A DNA stretch of 64,000 bases from Octopus bimaculoides (taxonomy: Eukaryota), in contig NC_068993.1 of assembly GCF_001194135.2 (NCBI RefSeq), positions 44,513,817 through 44,577,816 on the forward strand, given 5' to 3'. Under the pieces are notes generated by a model. That model saw nothing but the letters and a program-made list of their open reading frames with translations. It was not told the DNA's origin and ran no database searches. The translations under genes were made by a program, and so were the position numbers. This document shows positions 25,050 to 36,580 of the stretch, piece after piece (within the stretch, counting starts at the first letter, position 1; every line of letters begins with the position of its first letter).

Positions 25050-25625
25050 ATTCTGAAACTAAAGTTGAGGTCGTTTGGGCAATGCTGGTGGTATATTCTC
25101 CACATCGTATCGCTCAGGCAGCGCTAGAGAGAATAGAGCTTCAATGCTTTAAGGTGGTCCCAATAATCGAGATCAGTCATGCCCTTAATTCTTTTAGTGA
25201 ATGCCCTTGAGATGTTTTGTTTTGTGTGAAGAGACCACAAAGAGCAGCAGTATTCGAGGTGTGGCCGTGTAAAGCAGGAGAAATGAGGAATGGTAACCGA
25301 AAAGTTCTTAGAATCCAGGAGCTCATCCTGCGAGCTATATCGACCTTATTATTGATGTGGGTACTCCAGCTGAGATTGTTGTCAACAATTACTCCTAAGT
25401 CCCTGATATTGTTAGATGCTGCGAGTGGTTCCCCTGAAGAAAGAGAATATGGTTGTTTTAGCATAGTCTTTTTTGCAAAATGCATCAGTTCAAATTTTCC
25501 CTCGTTTAGACACATTTTGTTTTTATCTGCCCATTGACTTGTAGCATGAGACCAGACTGAAGTTCAGCTCGGTCTTCGTTGATAATTTTCTGGAATCATC
25601 GACCAAGTACAGGCATAACTACAAA
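25050..25625 (-). mobile_element. CR1-type LINE RT fragment
   Basis: LNEGKFELMHF…IRDLGVIVDNNLSWSTHINNKVDIARRMSSWILRTF matches the CR1 RT C-terminal motifs. Confidence 0.8.
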
Positions 25626-25639
25626 TGTGTACCCCCCAC

Positions 25640-26310
25640 CTCGACTTTGTTGCCTCATAACTTCCAGAAAAATGGATACTTTTTAGCTTAGATGTTGTAG
25701 ATTTAGAGAATATACAGATTTATGGGAAAGAATTTTTGCGAATAAGCGGGGGAAGAGTTTCGGAAAATTCACATGATCCTACTGTTTTTTCCCTCATAAC
25801 TTTCAGGAAAATGAATGTATTTTAATGTAAGTTTATACAAATACCTTTTAAACAGCATAGATTATGATTAAATTTGTTTCCGAAGTTGGCGAGAGGAATT
25901 TCGGATCAAGAAGACCACATAAGTTGGAATTTCTCCGTTTTGACGGGCATTTTTCAATTTTTTTCTCACCACAGCCTGCTGGATGTTAACAAGTATGTAG
26001 AAAACGAATATGAAAAAAAAATTGCGCTAATGACCCTGGGGGGTGGAAAGAGGACTTTCGGAAAATTCACAAGATCCGATTTTCCGTCATAACTTTCGGT
26101 AAAATGGATTGATTTTTTTTTTTTTTTACGGAATCCTGCGTTTTTGGTTATGGAGGATCCGATTCTGAAAAAAAAATTTCAATTCCATCCCTTTCATTTT
26201 TCACTTTTTCCGGAATTTTTTTTTTTTTTTTTTTTTTGCGAAATACGTAAAAAAATACGAAGATTACGTTTCTTAAAATCGTGAGGTCGGTAAAATGACC
26301 GTTTCTAGGG
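25640..26310. mobile_element. Non-autonomous DNA-element family (Helitron/HINE-like), with internal subrepeats
   Basis: Motifs TTTCGGAAAATTCAYAAGATCCGATTTTCCGTCATAACTTTC and TTTTTGGTTATGGAGGATCCGATTCTGAAAAA recur at 30950-31165 (same strand) and 28160-28460 (inverted). Superfamily assignment is inference. Confidence 0.55.
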
Positions 26311-26329
26311 CTTTGAGACAAGACCCCCA

Positions 26330-27140
26330 TATGAAATCGTACGTGAGGAGACACCGTAACATCCCACTCCAAAGCCAATCAAGCTGAAAGAAGTTCCAAA
26401 CTTCTTCATCTGAAACATTGTGGCGGAGACGCCCGCATCTTCGTGAATGAAAATAAGTTCATGGTAGACGAAGTTGCAAACCGTCAAAACTCACGAGTGA
26501 TAGCGTGCGACCCTTCCCAAGTTCCTTCAGCTATGCGTAGGAAGAATCCAGCTTCCATAGGTCTTTGGAGCTATTACAAGTGATGGGAAATTGATGCCTC
26601 CTCATTTTATTGAAGCGGGTCTTAAAATCAACACAGCAGAATATCTCAAAAACTTAAGTTTTGTTGCCTTGGATTAGGAAGCATTATGATGCAATTCGAG
26701 TCATGTTTGTAGGGAACTCCGCGCCCGCCCATTCTTCGAAAAGAATGCATGAATTTTTAAAGAAGGAATTGCCCATGTTTTTCCTTAAAGATATCTGGCC
26801 CTCTAGCTCGCCATATTTGACCCATGTAATTTTTAGCTTTGAGGTGCAGTTAATGCAATGTCCAACAAAACTTCTCACAACTGTGTCTTCACAGAAGGCT
26901 TCGATCAAGCGAGCATTCGGTAAAATGAAAAAGGAAGAGATAATTAAAGTATGCGCATCATTTCGTAAACAGACTGAACTGGTAAAGAAAGTAAATGGTG
27001 GTCACATTGAACTGAAATAAATGCTAAACACTCAACAATAAATTGGCATAAACATACAATTTGCAGCGTTTGATTTTTTCCGAGTTATACCAATTATAAT
27101 AATGATATTTAAATGGTCCCAATTTACCTGTCACACCATA
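26330..27140 (+). mobile_element. Degenerate DD37D/maT-like transposase with right TIR
   Basis: IFVNENKFMVDEVANRQNSRVIA…KNPAS…SDGKLMPPHFIEAGLKINTAEY…LPWIRKHY…NSAPAH…IWPSSSP…NGGHIE*. Right TIR GGTCCCAATTTACCTGTCACACCA at ~27115-27138 resembles that of the 8698 element. Confidence 0.8.
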
Positions 27141-27382
27141 TATATATATATTTGAGAATGAATTTACAATATAAGTATTGTACTTGATTGAAATATTTCA
27201 TTTCCCTGCTTAACACTGAGCAGCCTCCACGACATTTGCCACCCTCTTGAGAGTTTCCAACGTTCTGAAAGAAGATAACCCTGGTTAAGAACTAATTTTA
27301 ATGAAAGGAAGAATATTAGGGTAATGTAATCAACCCTGGAGATATATATGATCGGATTGTTGCAGATGAAATGGCTTTGATC

Positions 27383-27561
27383 AGTTACGGGCAACCTGCG
27401 ATCGATCGCAGGGCTTTCTGAATGGCACGTCTAACGAAAAGTTACCTTCAATATTTTTTAGTAATGCGGCCCGCCTGCTGATGAGCCAGTCTCATGCAAC
27501 CCATCTAATGATGAGTTAGTGTCATGCAGCCCACTTCTCGAGAATGGTTGCACATGCCTGG
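27383..27561. mobile_element. hAT/Charlie-like MITE relic
   Basis: Ends CAGTTACGGGCAACCTGCG… and …GGTTGCACATGCCTG are degenerate inverted termini; internal GCGGCCCGC. Confidence 0.45.
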
Positions 27562-28640
27562 TTTTGATCATAAGTCTGCTCGACCTGGATTAACATGAAA
27601 CAACAGCAACTAGTTTACCATATTTCAATTACGTGATACACCAGGTGGGTCGTATTCATGGAGATGCCTGTCGGACGGTAGGTATGAAAGGTCTTGCGTC
27701 GACCGCGCCTGAAATCGGAAAATTTTCAAGAAGTGAAAGATGATGTCATCTGTATAAGACCCTGTGCGCGTATGTGTCCGGTTTAATAAGACCTGATCTT
27801 TGGGTGCCTATCACTCTGTTGCAAGCATTCGGGTCGCTTCCCTTGTTTGAAAATTACTTCCTCCCTAAAACCTGAATATTTGTATTAAGATTATTATGAG
27901 ACTATTATTTCGTTTCAACATCGGACAAAATGCCTTGTGGTACGTAGTTACGGCTCTTGATGTTTTCAGATCAAATACTGGCAAGATCAACTTTGTTTTT
28001 CATCCTTCCGGGGTCGATAAATTAATAAAGTACGAGTTACGTATTGGAGCTGATTTAACTGACAAACCCATTTTCTCAAAAATTTTCTGGGAAAGACTTC
28101 CTCCCGTCCCCCTCCACCATTTTCTCCTTAATTTTCTTCCCCGCTCCAATTTCTTCATTTTTCCCTAACCGTAACCCTAAAACCCTAACTACAAACATTT
28201 TTGGAAATTTTTTTCAGAATTATAATCTCCGTATTTTTCCGTATATTTTGAAAAAAAAAAAAATTCTGAAAAAAAGTTTAAAATGAAGAAAGTAGAGGGG
28301 GTGGGGGAGTAATTTCAAAATCCTGATTTTTTTGCAGATTCGTATTCTCCGTAGCCGAAAACGGGGGTGTGTGTAGAAAAAAATAAAGTAATAAAATAAA
28401 GGGTGGGGTACAAAAGGAAGTCTTGCCAATTTCTGGCCTTCGAATTTTTTATTGAACATGAACTGAATTCAACGAAGTGCAACTCATTACGATTTTGGTC
28501 TTCTAGCTGTAAAAAGAACAGTTCCGTTTTGTCTTCCATAATTTACGTATTACATATTTTAGAAAACATCATTATAGTTTACATACATATACACACACAC
28601 ACACATAGCTACAGAGCGAAAGAGAGGGAGAGAGTTCATA

Positions 28641-28665
28641 ACTTCCGGTGTCCTTCACCCACGTG
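28641..28665. promoter_or_regulatory. ETS/GABP-like (ACTTCCGG) plus E-box (CACGTG) motif pair
   Basis: Exact motifs 19 bp apart in the CpG-retaining intergenic region. Function not demonstrated. Confidence 0.2.
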
Positions 28666-31202
28666 TCATCCCTTGTATTTAAACATTTAGTTTCACCTTG
28701 GACTTACGATATGTTGCTTCTTTCTTTTCATTTTATTTTAAGTTCGTTTATATATCACTATTACCATTAGACCCAATATTGTATTCAAAATAGACAAATA
28801 AACATGTGTGATTAAATATATACATAAAGACAAATCACATTACACCCGAAGATATAACGAATTTCGGCGTGTTAATTTCATATACATGCCTACATACATA
28901 ACACATATATCACACACGAATGGGCAGACGAAAGAAAGTAACATTCAACACATTTGGCAAGAGTTACATATACTATTTCCAGATTCTGGCGAGATAATTT
29001 CGTTCTACGAACCTACGAAACTTTCAGATGCATGAAACTAAGTGAGACTTATTAAATAATATATAATACACGCGCATGTAAACAACAATGCGATGATGAT
29101 GTAGAATCACAATTCAGAGAAGCTGAGTGTTGTCAAAACGCTATCGAATGCTTTATAAAGTTCCACCTCAGCTGGGAGCAAATGCCATCTACTTCTATGT
29201 GGATTAAAAACTAATATGTGAAGAGGCTGTAGGCTTATACATTGTTGTTCTTCACACAGACACACCTATATCCATCGAAAGCCACAAAGTGAACTGTAGT
29301 CTTTGAATGTGTGTAGCCTGATATAGTCGACCAGTATTACCTTTTCGATTCCGATTACAATTTCGGCTTAAGTATGCAAAGAATCTATGCTTCCGTATAC
29401 ATAGTTATAAGAAAATAGATATATTTACATGCAAACAATGTACACAGTGAACGTAAAGAGAAATACAATTTAATCTGTTTAACATGTGTGGCTGTGTGAA
29501 GGAAAACAATGCGTCATTTTTAATTTGTAGCTAAAAAGGCTTCTTCCATTTGAAAACCGATATTTCTAGTTGAATGTTCTCTAAATGAGCGCAATAAAAT
29601 AAATAACACAAACTAAAACCAGAAGTGTGAGAATGAAATATGCAAATAAGAATGAGGTCGAAATACGAAGCATATCTCTCTCAAAGTCTAAGATGAACAC
29701 TACTAAAAATGTTCCAACCATAATTTTCTTTCAATTATTTACTCATTAGCTCAAATGTATAATGAATATTATTCTTCGTACTCTTCCCTTTTGAAAACGT
29801 TATGACGTCAGTTGGGCGGTATTTAGCTATTATTTCTCGCCGGGTGGACGACTGTATAGAAGCTCCTGGTTTGCTTTATATCTCCACACACGGAACCCCA
29901 CTGATATTAAATTAGTTGTATCCATATTTTGTGTTTAGGTATGTTCCATGCTCTATTTTCTCGGTAATTTTTCAGAGTAAGTTACTCTGAAAAATTACCA
30001 TTTTCTCTTCGTCGTTTTGTATTTGTTTTCTTACTATCTGTATTTCCAACCTCATTTTTATTTGAATATTTCATTTTACACATCTGATTTTAGCTTGTGT
30101 TACTTACGAAGACATTAGTAATTTACTGAACCTCTACTTTTATGCCCACAATACAGAACAAGATTTTCATTTCCAACGTATGAAAAAGCGGTGTTTAATC
30201 AGTAGCTCGCTCACTTAAAATCCTCAATACACCCCCATTAAATACTTCGTTGACTGCTTCAAACAAGAGATGTATAATCTGTAAAAATAAAAGAACTTCA
30301 GTATTAAACTCAAGGTTCGTGGTCGTTGTCCCTTGTATATACTGCATAAAGGTCTTACATAATATAGTAGGTCATGCATTTATAGTGCAGCAATGTAACT
30401 TCTTCTTATAGCTTGTAATAAGCAAGCACATGAAAGCTTAAAATATGAGACCTAGGGAAATGAGTGCTGCACGAGAATGGCAGTTGTATACATTGCTTCT
30501 GGTAGAAGTTGTATGTCAATAGTTTGTAACTAGATTTACAACGCCCTACTTAACGGGTATTAGATTTTGGAAAGACAGCAAGGCGGTGATTCACAAAGTA
30601 GAGAAGGAAGCAGAAAATGCTTCTTCAGGAATAAAGCACAATCATATACCGAAGGAAGATGGGGACAAAGTCCCCAGTGATTAGTAAGACGAAATTGTTG
30701 TTGGACTGGTTTCATATGGGGGCTGCAAAGGTAACGTTGAGAATAATGTGTGGGCCAAAAGAACAGGGACATTCAGCGCCGCTGGAGGGACTTATACTAT
30801 AGGAATGCGACAACAGCCAGTGGAGGAGCAACCCGCGGGGTTAATATAAAGATTTTCACCCGTTAACGAAAACAAAAAAGACTAGCCTGCTGAGGATTAA
30901 CAACCGTGTAGAGAACGAACATGACAAAAAGAAAAAAAACTGCGCAAACGATCCAGGGGGTGAGGAGAGGACTTTCGGAAAATTCATAAGATCCGATTTT
31001 TCCGTCATATTGAAGTTCTTTTTTTTTTGTTTTGTTTTTTTTTTTAACAGAATCCCACGTTTTTTGTTATAGAGAATCCGATACTGAAAAAAAGAAAAAT
31101 TTTTTAAATCGCATTTTCAAAATTTCACCCCGCCCCTCGTTTTTCACTTTTTCCGGAAATTTTNNNNNNNNNNAAAATATGGTTTGTAAAATTTCAATTT
31201 TT

Positions 31203-31235
<33 letters not shown>

Positions 31236-32989
31236 CCACCAGGCCTTCAAGCAGGCTAGCCACATGCCAGAAATAACAGCTAAATCTCACAAAACTGCGA
31301 TAACATAATGTAATCAATCTACTCACCTTTCTGCAAAGATTTCTTTCAGAGTAATTTCCGCAGTGATACGACAAAGTAATTCTTGTGAAATTAAAGTTAA
31401 AGGGTAAACCAAAAATAAACACAAATTCAAATTTTAATTTCAAATCTTTTTATAAAAAACTCCGACCCCCAAATTCCCCACCTGCCCGTCATCCCACTGT
31501 CTAAAAGTGAAAATAAAGGGTTGTTTTGTCTATTTCTCGTGTTCGCCTATAAAATTCGAAACTTTTCTCAGATTCCCCTCCCCAATTTCCGAAGCTTTAC
31601 CTGTTATTATCTACTTGTTTGCAAAACTAAAACGAAATATTTCCGATATGAAAACTGTACGTTATACCCTAAGATTGCCTAGCATGGCAATGTTAAGATG
31701 TGATTTCAAGGAGATTTGGTTGCAATGCCACTTTCTTTTCTATTGGAGTGTGATTCCAGCAATATTTGATAGCTATTCATGTTAAGCTTGTACATAATAT
31801 GCCCGACATGCATGATGTATTAAGAGGAAGAAATATTAGTGTATTATGAAAAGTATGCTAACGACCTGTGTTGAATGTCGTTTCGTTCAATTGAATGAAA
31901 CAACAAATACTATATTAATCTCAAAACCTGATCTTTAATCAAAGTCACACGCCAAGTATTTTACAACCCTGAAATTTGTGATAAGAGTTCTCTCTCTCTA
32001 TCTATCTATCTATCTCTCGTCAACTTGTACAGCTGTTTACAACAATTGACCTTAATAGTCCGGTGGGTCTGATTTTTATATTCCTTTGTTTCTCTTTGAA
32101 ATTATATTTGGCGCTCTTCGTTGTGGCAGACGTACTTGAAATTTTCTTTACTACGTCTCTTGGCATTATTTTTTTTAGAAAGTCCTTCTAAAGCGGATAG
32201 AATATTTTATTTTAAACATATATATCAGTGATGCTATATATCTAAAACGTTTAAAACATTGTTTCCTTTACTATGGTCCTCACCATTATTACTTTCGTTG
32301 TTACAATTATGTATTTGGCATAGCTAATGAATATTTAGCTTCACGTCTGCCCTTATCGAACGAACCTACAATGAACTGCATTCCATGTTAGTTGTTTTTC
32401 CTTAACACTGTAAGTTGTAATTTAAGGGATATTTGGCTGTTATTTTCATGTAAAATATCACTCTCCGACTGAGGGTATTTAACGAAAAAAGGAAACAGAA
32501 TAACAAACACTAGCATCATTAAATTTCCTAAAGAAATAATGTTCAAACGTTTGGGTAAAAAAAAAATGAAATTGAATATATATTTGAAAAGATAACATTG
32601 TTTGACCCAGTAAAATACTGACTCCATAGATTGTTTTGGGCCAAATGACGAAAGAAAACTTGCATGTAACTTTCAAAAGATGTGAAACATCGTACTGTTT
32701 CCCTAAGATTCTTCTGATATTTGGATCGAAGAAATAGAAACTACGATTTACAAACACGCTGGTGTTATAACAGCTGATAAACGGACAGCCTCACGTCAGT
32801 CATTTTATGCGACCTATGGGACACATGTCTTTCTGTGTAATGACTATTAACGTAACTATGCTGTGAGGAGCAACTTCTGTGATGATTGCCTCTATGTTGG
32901 ATCGTGTCTTCCAGTGTCCGAACCCAGGTATCCATAATTGTATATCCTTTTTAAAAATTTCGATTCATTGATCACATGTTCTACTACTC

Positions 32990-33209
32990 ATAGCCGTATA
33001 AGCAGCATTATCGGCCCCCGGGCACTGAGCCCTGTAGTATTTTTCCTTAACAAGCCATAGTATACATAAGGCCCCCGAGCAAGTCACTGCACTGGGCCCT
33101 ATAGCATTTTTTTACAGCAAGCCACAGCATACATAGAGTAAATTTGGGCCCTAGATCCGTGAAGCTGCCGGGCAACTGTCCCGTGTACCTATGCTGTAAG
33201 ACGGTACTG
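32990..33209. mobile_element. GC-rich hAT-like MITE
   Basis: Repeated GGCCCC/GGGCCC motifs and the terminal CCGGGCAACTGTCCC…AAGACGGTACTG typical of small hAT-type elements. Confidence 0.45.
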
Positions 33210-34068
33210 CTACCAGCTGCCATGTAAATGAAATTAGATATAACTTTTGAAACTAAAAATATATTGAAAGCGGCAACAGAAAAAAAAAAAAGAAAAAAAA
33301 TACAAAAGCTTACAATATATTTTCAATTTAATTTTATTGATTGATTTCAAATTGTATTTCGTTTCACATTTCGTCTTCAATTTTATCAGAATAGCAGATG
33401 GTGATCAGTATTACACTCTGTATTTGACCTTTGTATGAAGAATCCCTCACTACGTTCCTCAGATCCTAACTGTTAACAGATTGAGGATCTGCTGGCAGTA
33501 TATGAAATCCGATCTTTGTTTTTGTAAGTTACGGACAGTTCATTTCGAAGTTTTAAAATATTAAAATGATTACAAAATTATTTTAAACATTCATCGTCAT
33601 AAATAAGCGACCATACACCTCATTTTGCTTTGTATGTTTCAAATTCTTACCGGTGTACATCACTTTTAGTCTCCTCGAATTATAACGATTATACTTACTA
33701 CCAGCATTTGACATTCTCGTTCCAGTTACGGCACTGTTGTTAGATTAATAGTGGATGTATTAGTGACAAATCTATTTAGATAATCTCATTAAGTAAATTA
33801 TTTCAACAATATTCAAGTAGACTTATAGCATAGGTAGTCCTCTATCCATTGCTTTGGATATAGTCTTCATTCATTCACCTTGTTGACCAACGTGTACACT
33901 TTTACATGAGGTTGTTTATGGCAGAAAGTGCAATGTAGTAGTTTGGACAGATTGCTTTTCCGTTAATGCCGAATGTCCATTTTGTTCTTGCATGTCTGTA
34001 GGTTTGGTAATGGTTACAGCGTAGACGAAAGATAGAATTTGGTCAGAACGTAATAGTTGCTGTTAGCT

Positions 34069-34225
34069 TAGGGGCGGACTGAGAGTAGTAAGGACCTTTG
34101 GGCATAACTGTTTACTGGGCCCCTTAGCATTGATATCAGCAGAGTGAACATGTAGAGTATGGGCCCCTCAGAGCTCCGGGCCTTCGGGCAGTGTCCAATT
34201 GACAGACAGCTCAGTTCGCCCCCTC
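34069..34225. mobile_element. MITE with ~15-bp TIRs
   Basis: AGGGGCGGACTGAG (34070) pairs with CTCAGTTCGCCCCCT (34210-34224). Confidence 0.7.
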
Positions 34226-35080
34226 TAGTCACTACATTCAAGCACAGTGTTTTTGGACTAATAAAGTTATTGATGCTGCTAATATTTGTGTGTGTGTGTA
34301 TTTTTTTTTTTCATCAACTGCCAAGCTATCCTAAAAACGCATCAAATAAGTTGTTCATTTCAGAAGTTTGGTGTTGACAATAGTAACTAACCTAGCAGAC
34401 CTTGGGTACAAAACAATAAATAAATTGATAAAGGATTGAAATTGCTTAGTACTCATACCTTTTTGAAAGATATTATTAATCAATAGAGAAACAAAACTAT
34501 TGTAGACACCTTTTTCTGTGATTCAGTTTTATAATTGATCTTATTCTGTAAAATATAAGACTACATCTTAATTTACAATCTGCTATGTGTGTCTCTTCCA
34601 CTGCGATAAGAACAACCACTGCTACTATGAATTTGAAAATTCTATGATACTCCTATCTAATCATCTCATTTACAAGGTAGTGAATTGGCAATTGGCAGAA
34701 TCAGGGCATCAGACAAAATACAAAGTTTGTGTACATAATTTCCCCTCTTCAGACTTAAGTGCTGCTGAAATAGACTACAAAGACAACTTGCAATAGACTT
34801 GAACTCCTCTTGTCTGATGAATTTGTCAATATTTTAACCACTTATCCATTTATCTCTGCAATGACAAATTTCAAAGAGAGCTCCTTCATTGTTTCTCAAT
34901 CTGCTTGAAACAGTAGGCATATCTCCATCAAATCACACTATTGTTTTCAAAAAGGACTCATGAGATAAAGTAGTTTGAAAAATAAAAGTGGGTTAGTCAC
35001 TACTGGAATGTCTTTGATCATCCTAAGGGTTTACTTGTTTAACCATCCTGAGGTTAAATGGCAACCACCATCTCTGCAAT

Positions 35081-35462
35081 GATATCTTCATCATCATCAT
35101 CATCATCATCGTTCGCTTTCCATGCTAGCATGGGTTGGACGATTTGACTGAGGACTGGTGAAACCAGATGGCTACACCAGGCTCCAATCTGATTTGGTAG
35201 AGTTTCTACAGCTGGATGCCCTTCCTAACGCCAACCACTCAGAGAGTGTAGTGGGTGCTTTTACGTGTCACCCGCACGAAGGCCAGTCAGGCGGCACTGG
35301 CGACAGCCACGCTTGAAATGGTGTATTTTATGTGCCACCTGCACCGGACCCAGTCCATCGGCACTGGCAACGATCTCGCTCGAATGTCTTTTCATATGCC
35401 ACTGGCACAAGTGCCAGGGAGGCAACGTTGGTAACGATCAACGGCCACGCTCGAAATGGTGT
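35081..35462 (-). mobile_element. (GAT)n-tailed SINE, 5'-truncated, flanked by a 151-bp direct repeat
   Basis: Reverse complement of the 1-287 family; (CAT)n at 35087-35110. Flanks 34930-35080 and 35463-35613 differ at 7 positions. Confidence 0.88.
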
Positions 35463-35729
35463 AAATCACACTATTGTTTTCAAAAAGGACTCATGAGATA
35501 AAGTAGTTTGAAAAATGAAAGTGGGTTCGTCACGACTGGACTGTCTTTGATCATCCTAAGGGTTTACTTGTTTAACCATCGTAAGGTTAAATGACAACCA
35601 CCATCTCTGCAATAATCTTTTGGAATTTATACTTGTACATTATTTGAATGTTGAGTAATGACCAAAAGAATACAATCATGAAAACAAGCAGCTGAAATAG
35701 GATTCCTCCAAAGGATCTTTGGAGTAACA

Positions 35730-35950
35730 TTACTCAACAGGGTGCATAACTTGGAGACCAGTGAGTCTCTCCAGGTTGAGTTGCTACTTCTCCCACATTG
35801 AGAAGACATGACTCTGGTACAACAGACATGTGGTTAGAATGCCACAGAAAAGGATTGCATGGCAGATTCTTCTAGCCAAGCTAACTGGCAGGAGACCTAG
35901 GAATAGACCAAGAACACAATAGTTGGATAATACTCAATCTTGGTCTCAGT
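35730..35950 (+). mobile_element. RTE LINE C-terminal fragment
   Basis: ESLQVELLLLPHIEKT*LWYNRHVVRMPQKRIAWQILLAKLTGRRPRNRPRT corresponds to the RTE motif RWYGHVVRM…GRRPRGRPR. Confidence 0.7.
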
Positions 35951-36254
35951 TGTTCACATTTAGGAATCCAGCAAGTAAGTTTAATGATGGTCGCTTCAAT
36001 AGGACCCTATGGAAGACTGAGGACTTTAACCCCATGCCTTGTCCATGAATAGTGGGTGGAAAAGATGAATGAATGGATATTTTCAACATTTATTGGTACT
36101 CATTCAAGAATTAATTTCATAATTTCTTTATTTTAATTTTTTTTTTTTTTTGTCACAGGTTCACTCGATGAAAGATGTTAAGTCCTCGATGTTCTAATTT
36201 AAGAAACCATCTGTTATTTTCCAAGTTCTAAAACATATTTATAAAGTTACTTGA

Positions 36255-36580
36255 ATGGTTTGGTTCAGAATTCATCCAAGAAGTAAAGTGAACATGTATA
36301 ACTTCCTGCACTTGGAATTAAGATGGTTATCTCGATGCTATCACACAAAGCACCATGAAAAACTTGTATTGAGACAAATTACAACTTATTTGTCTAGTTT
36401 GACTAGTTCTCTTTCTTCAAAGGACACTAGACCAAATGGCAGAGAACATTTAGCAGTAGTTCCAAAATATCACTCAACATGGATTCAGCCAGAAGGATTT
36501 GACACAGGAATCAAAGTTTACAATACTTTGACAAAACAAAAGGAAAAATTGATCTTACTTCGCAAAAACATTGCTACATG
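36255..36580 (+). CDS. CARS2: Mitochondrial cysteinyl-tRNA synthetase, coding exon 1 (presequence + [22 protein letters not shown])
   Basis: ATG directly after an in-frame TGA. R/S/L-rich N-terminal extension, then the conserved WxxPxGxDTGIxVYNxLT motif. Phase-2 donor TG|gtaggt. An upstream acceptor (T-tract, tgtcacag|36159) shows this is not the first exon of the transcript. Confidence 0.85.

Noticed and set aside
27478-27545. CTGATGAG motif suggesting a hammerhead ribozyme (also CTGACGAG at ~57893)
   Set aside because: No stem II followed by GAAA and no closing stems; the first lies inside a MITE relic.
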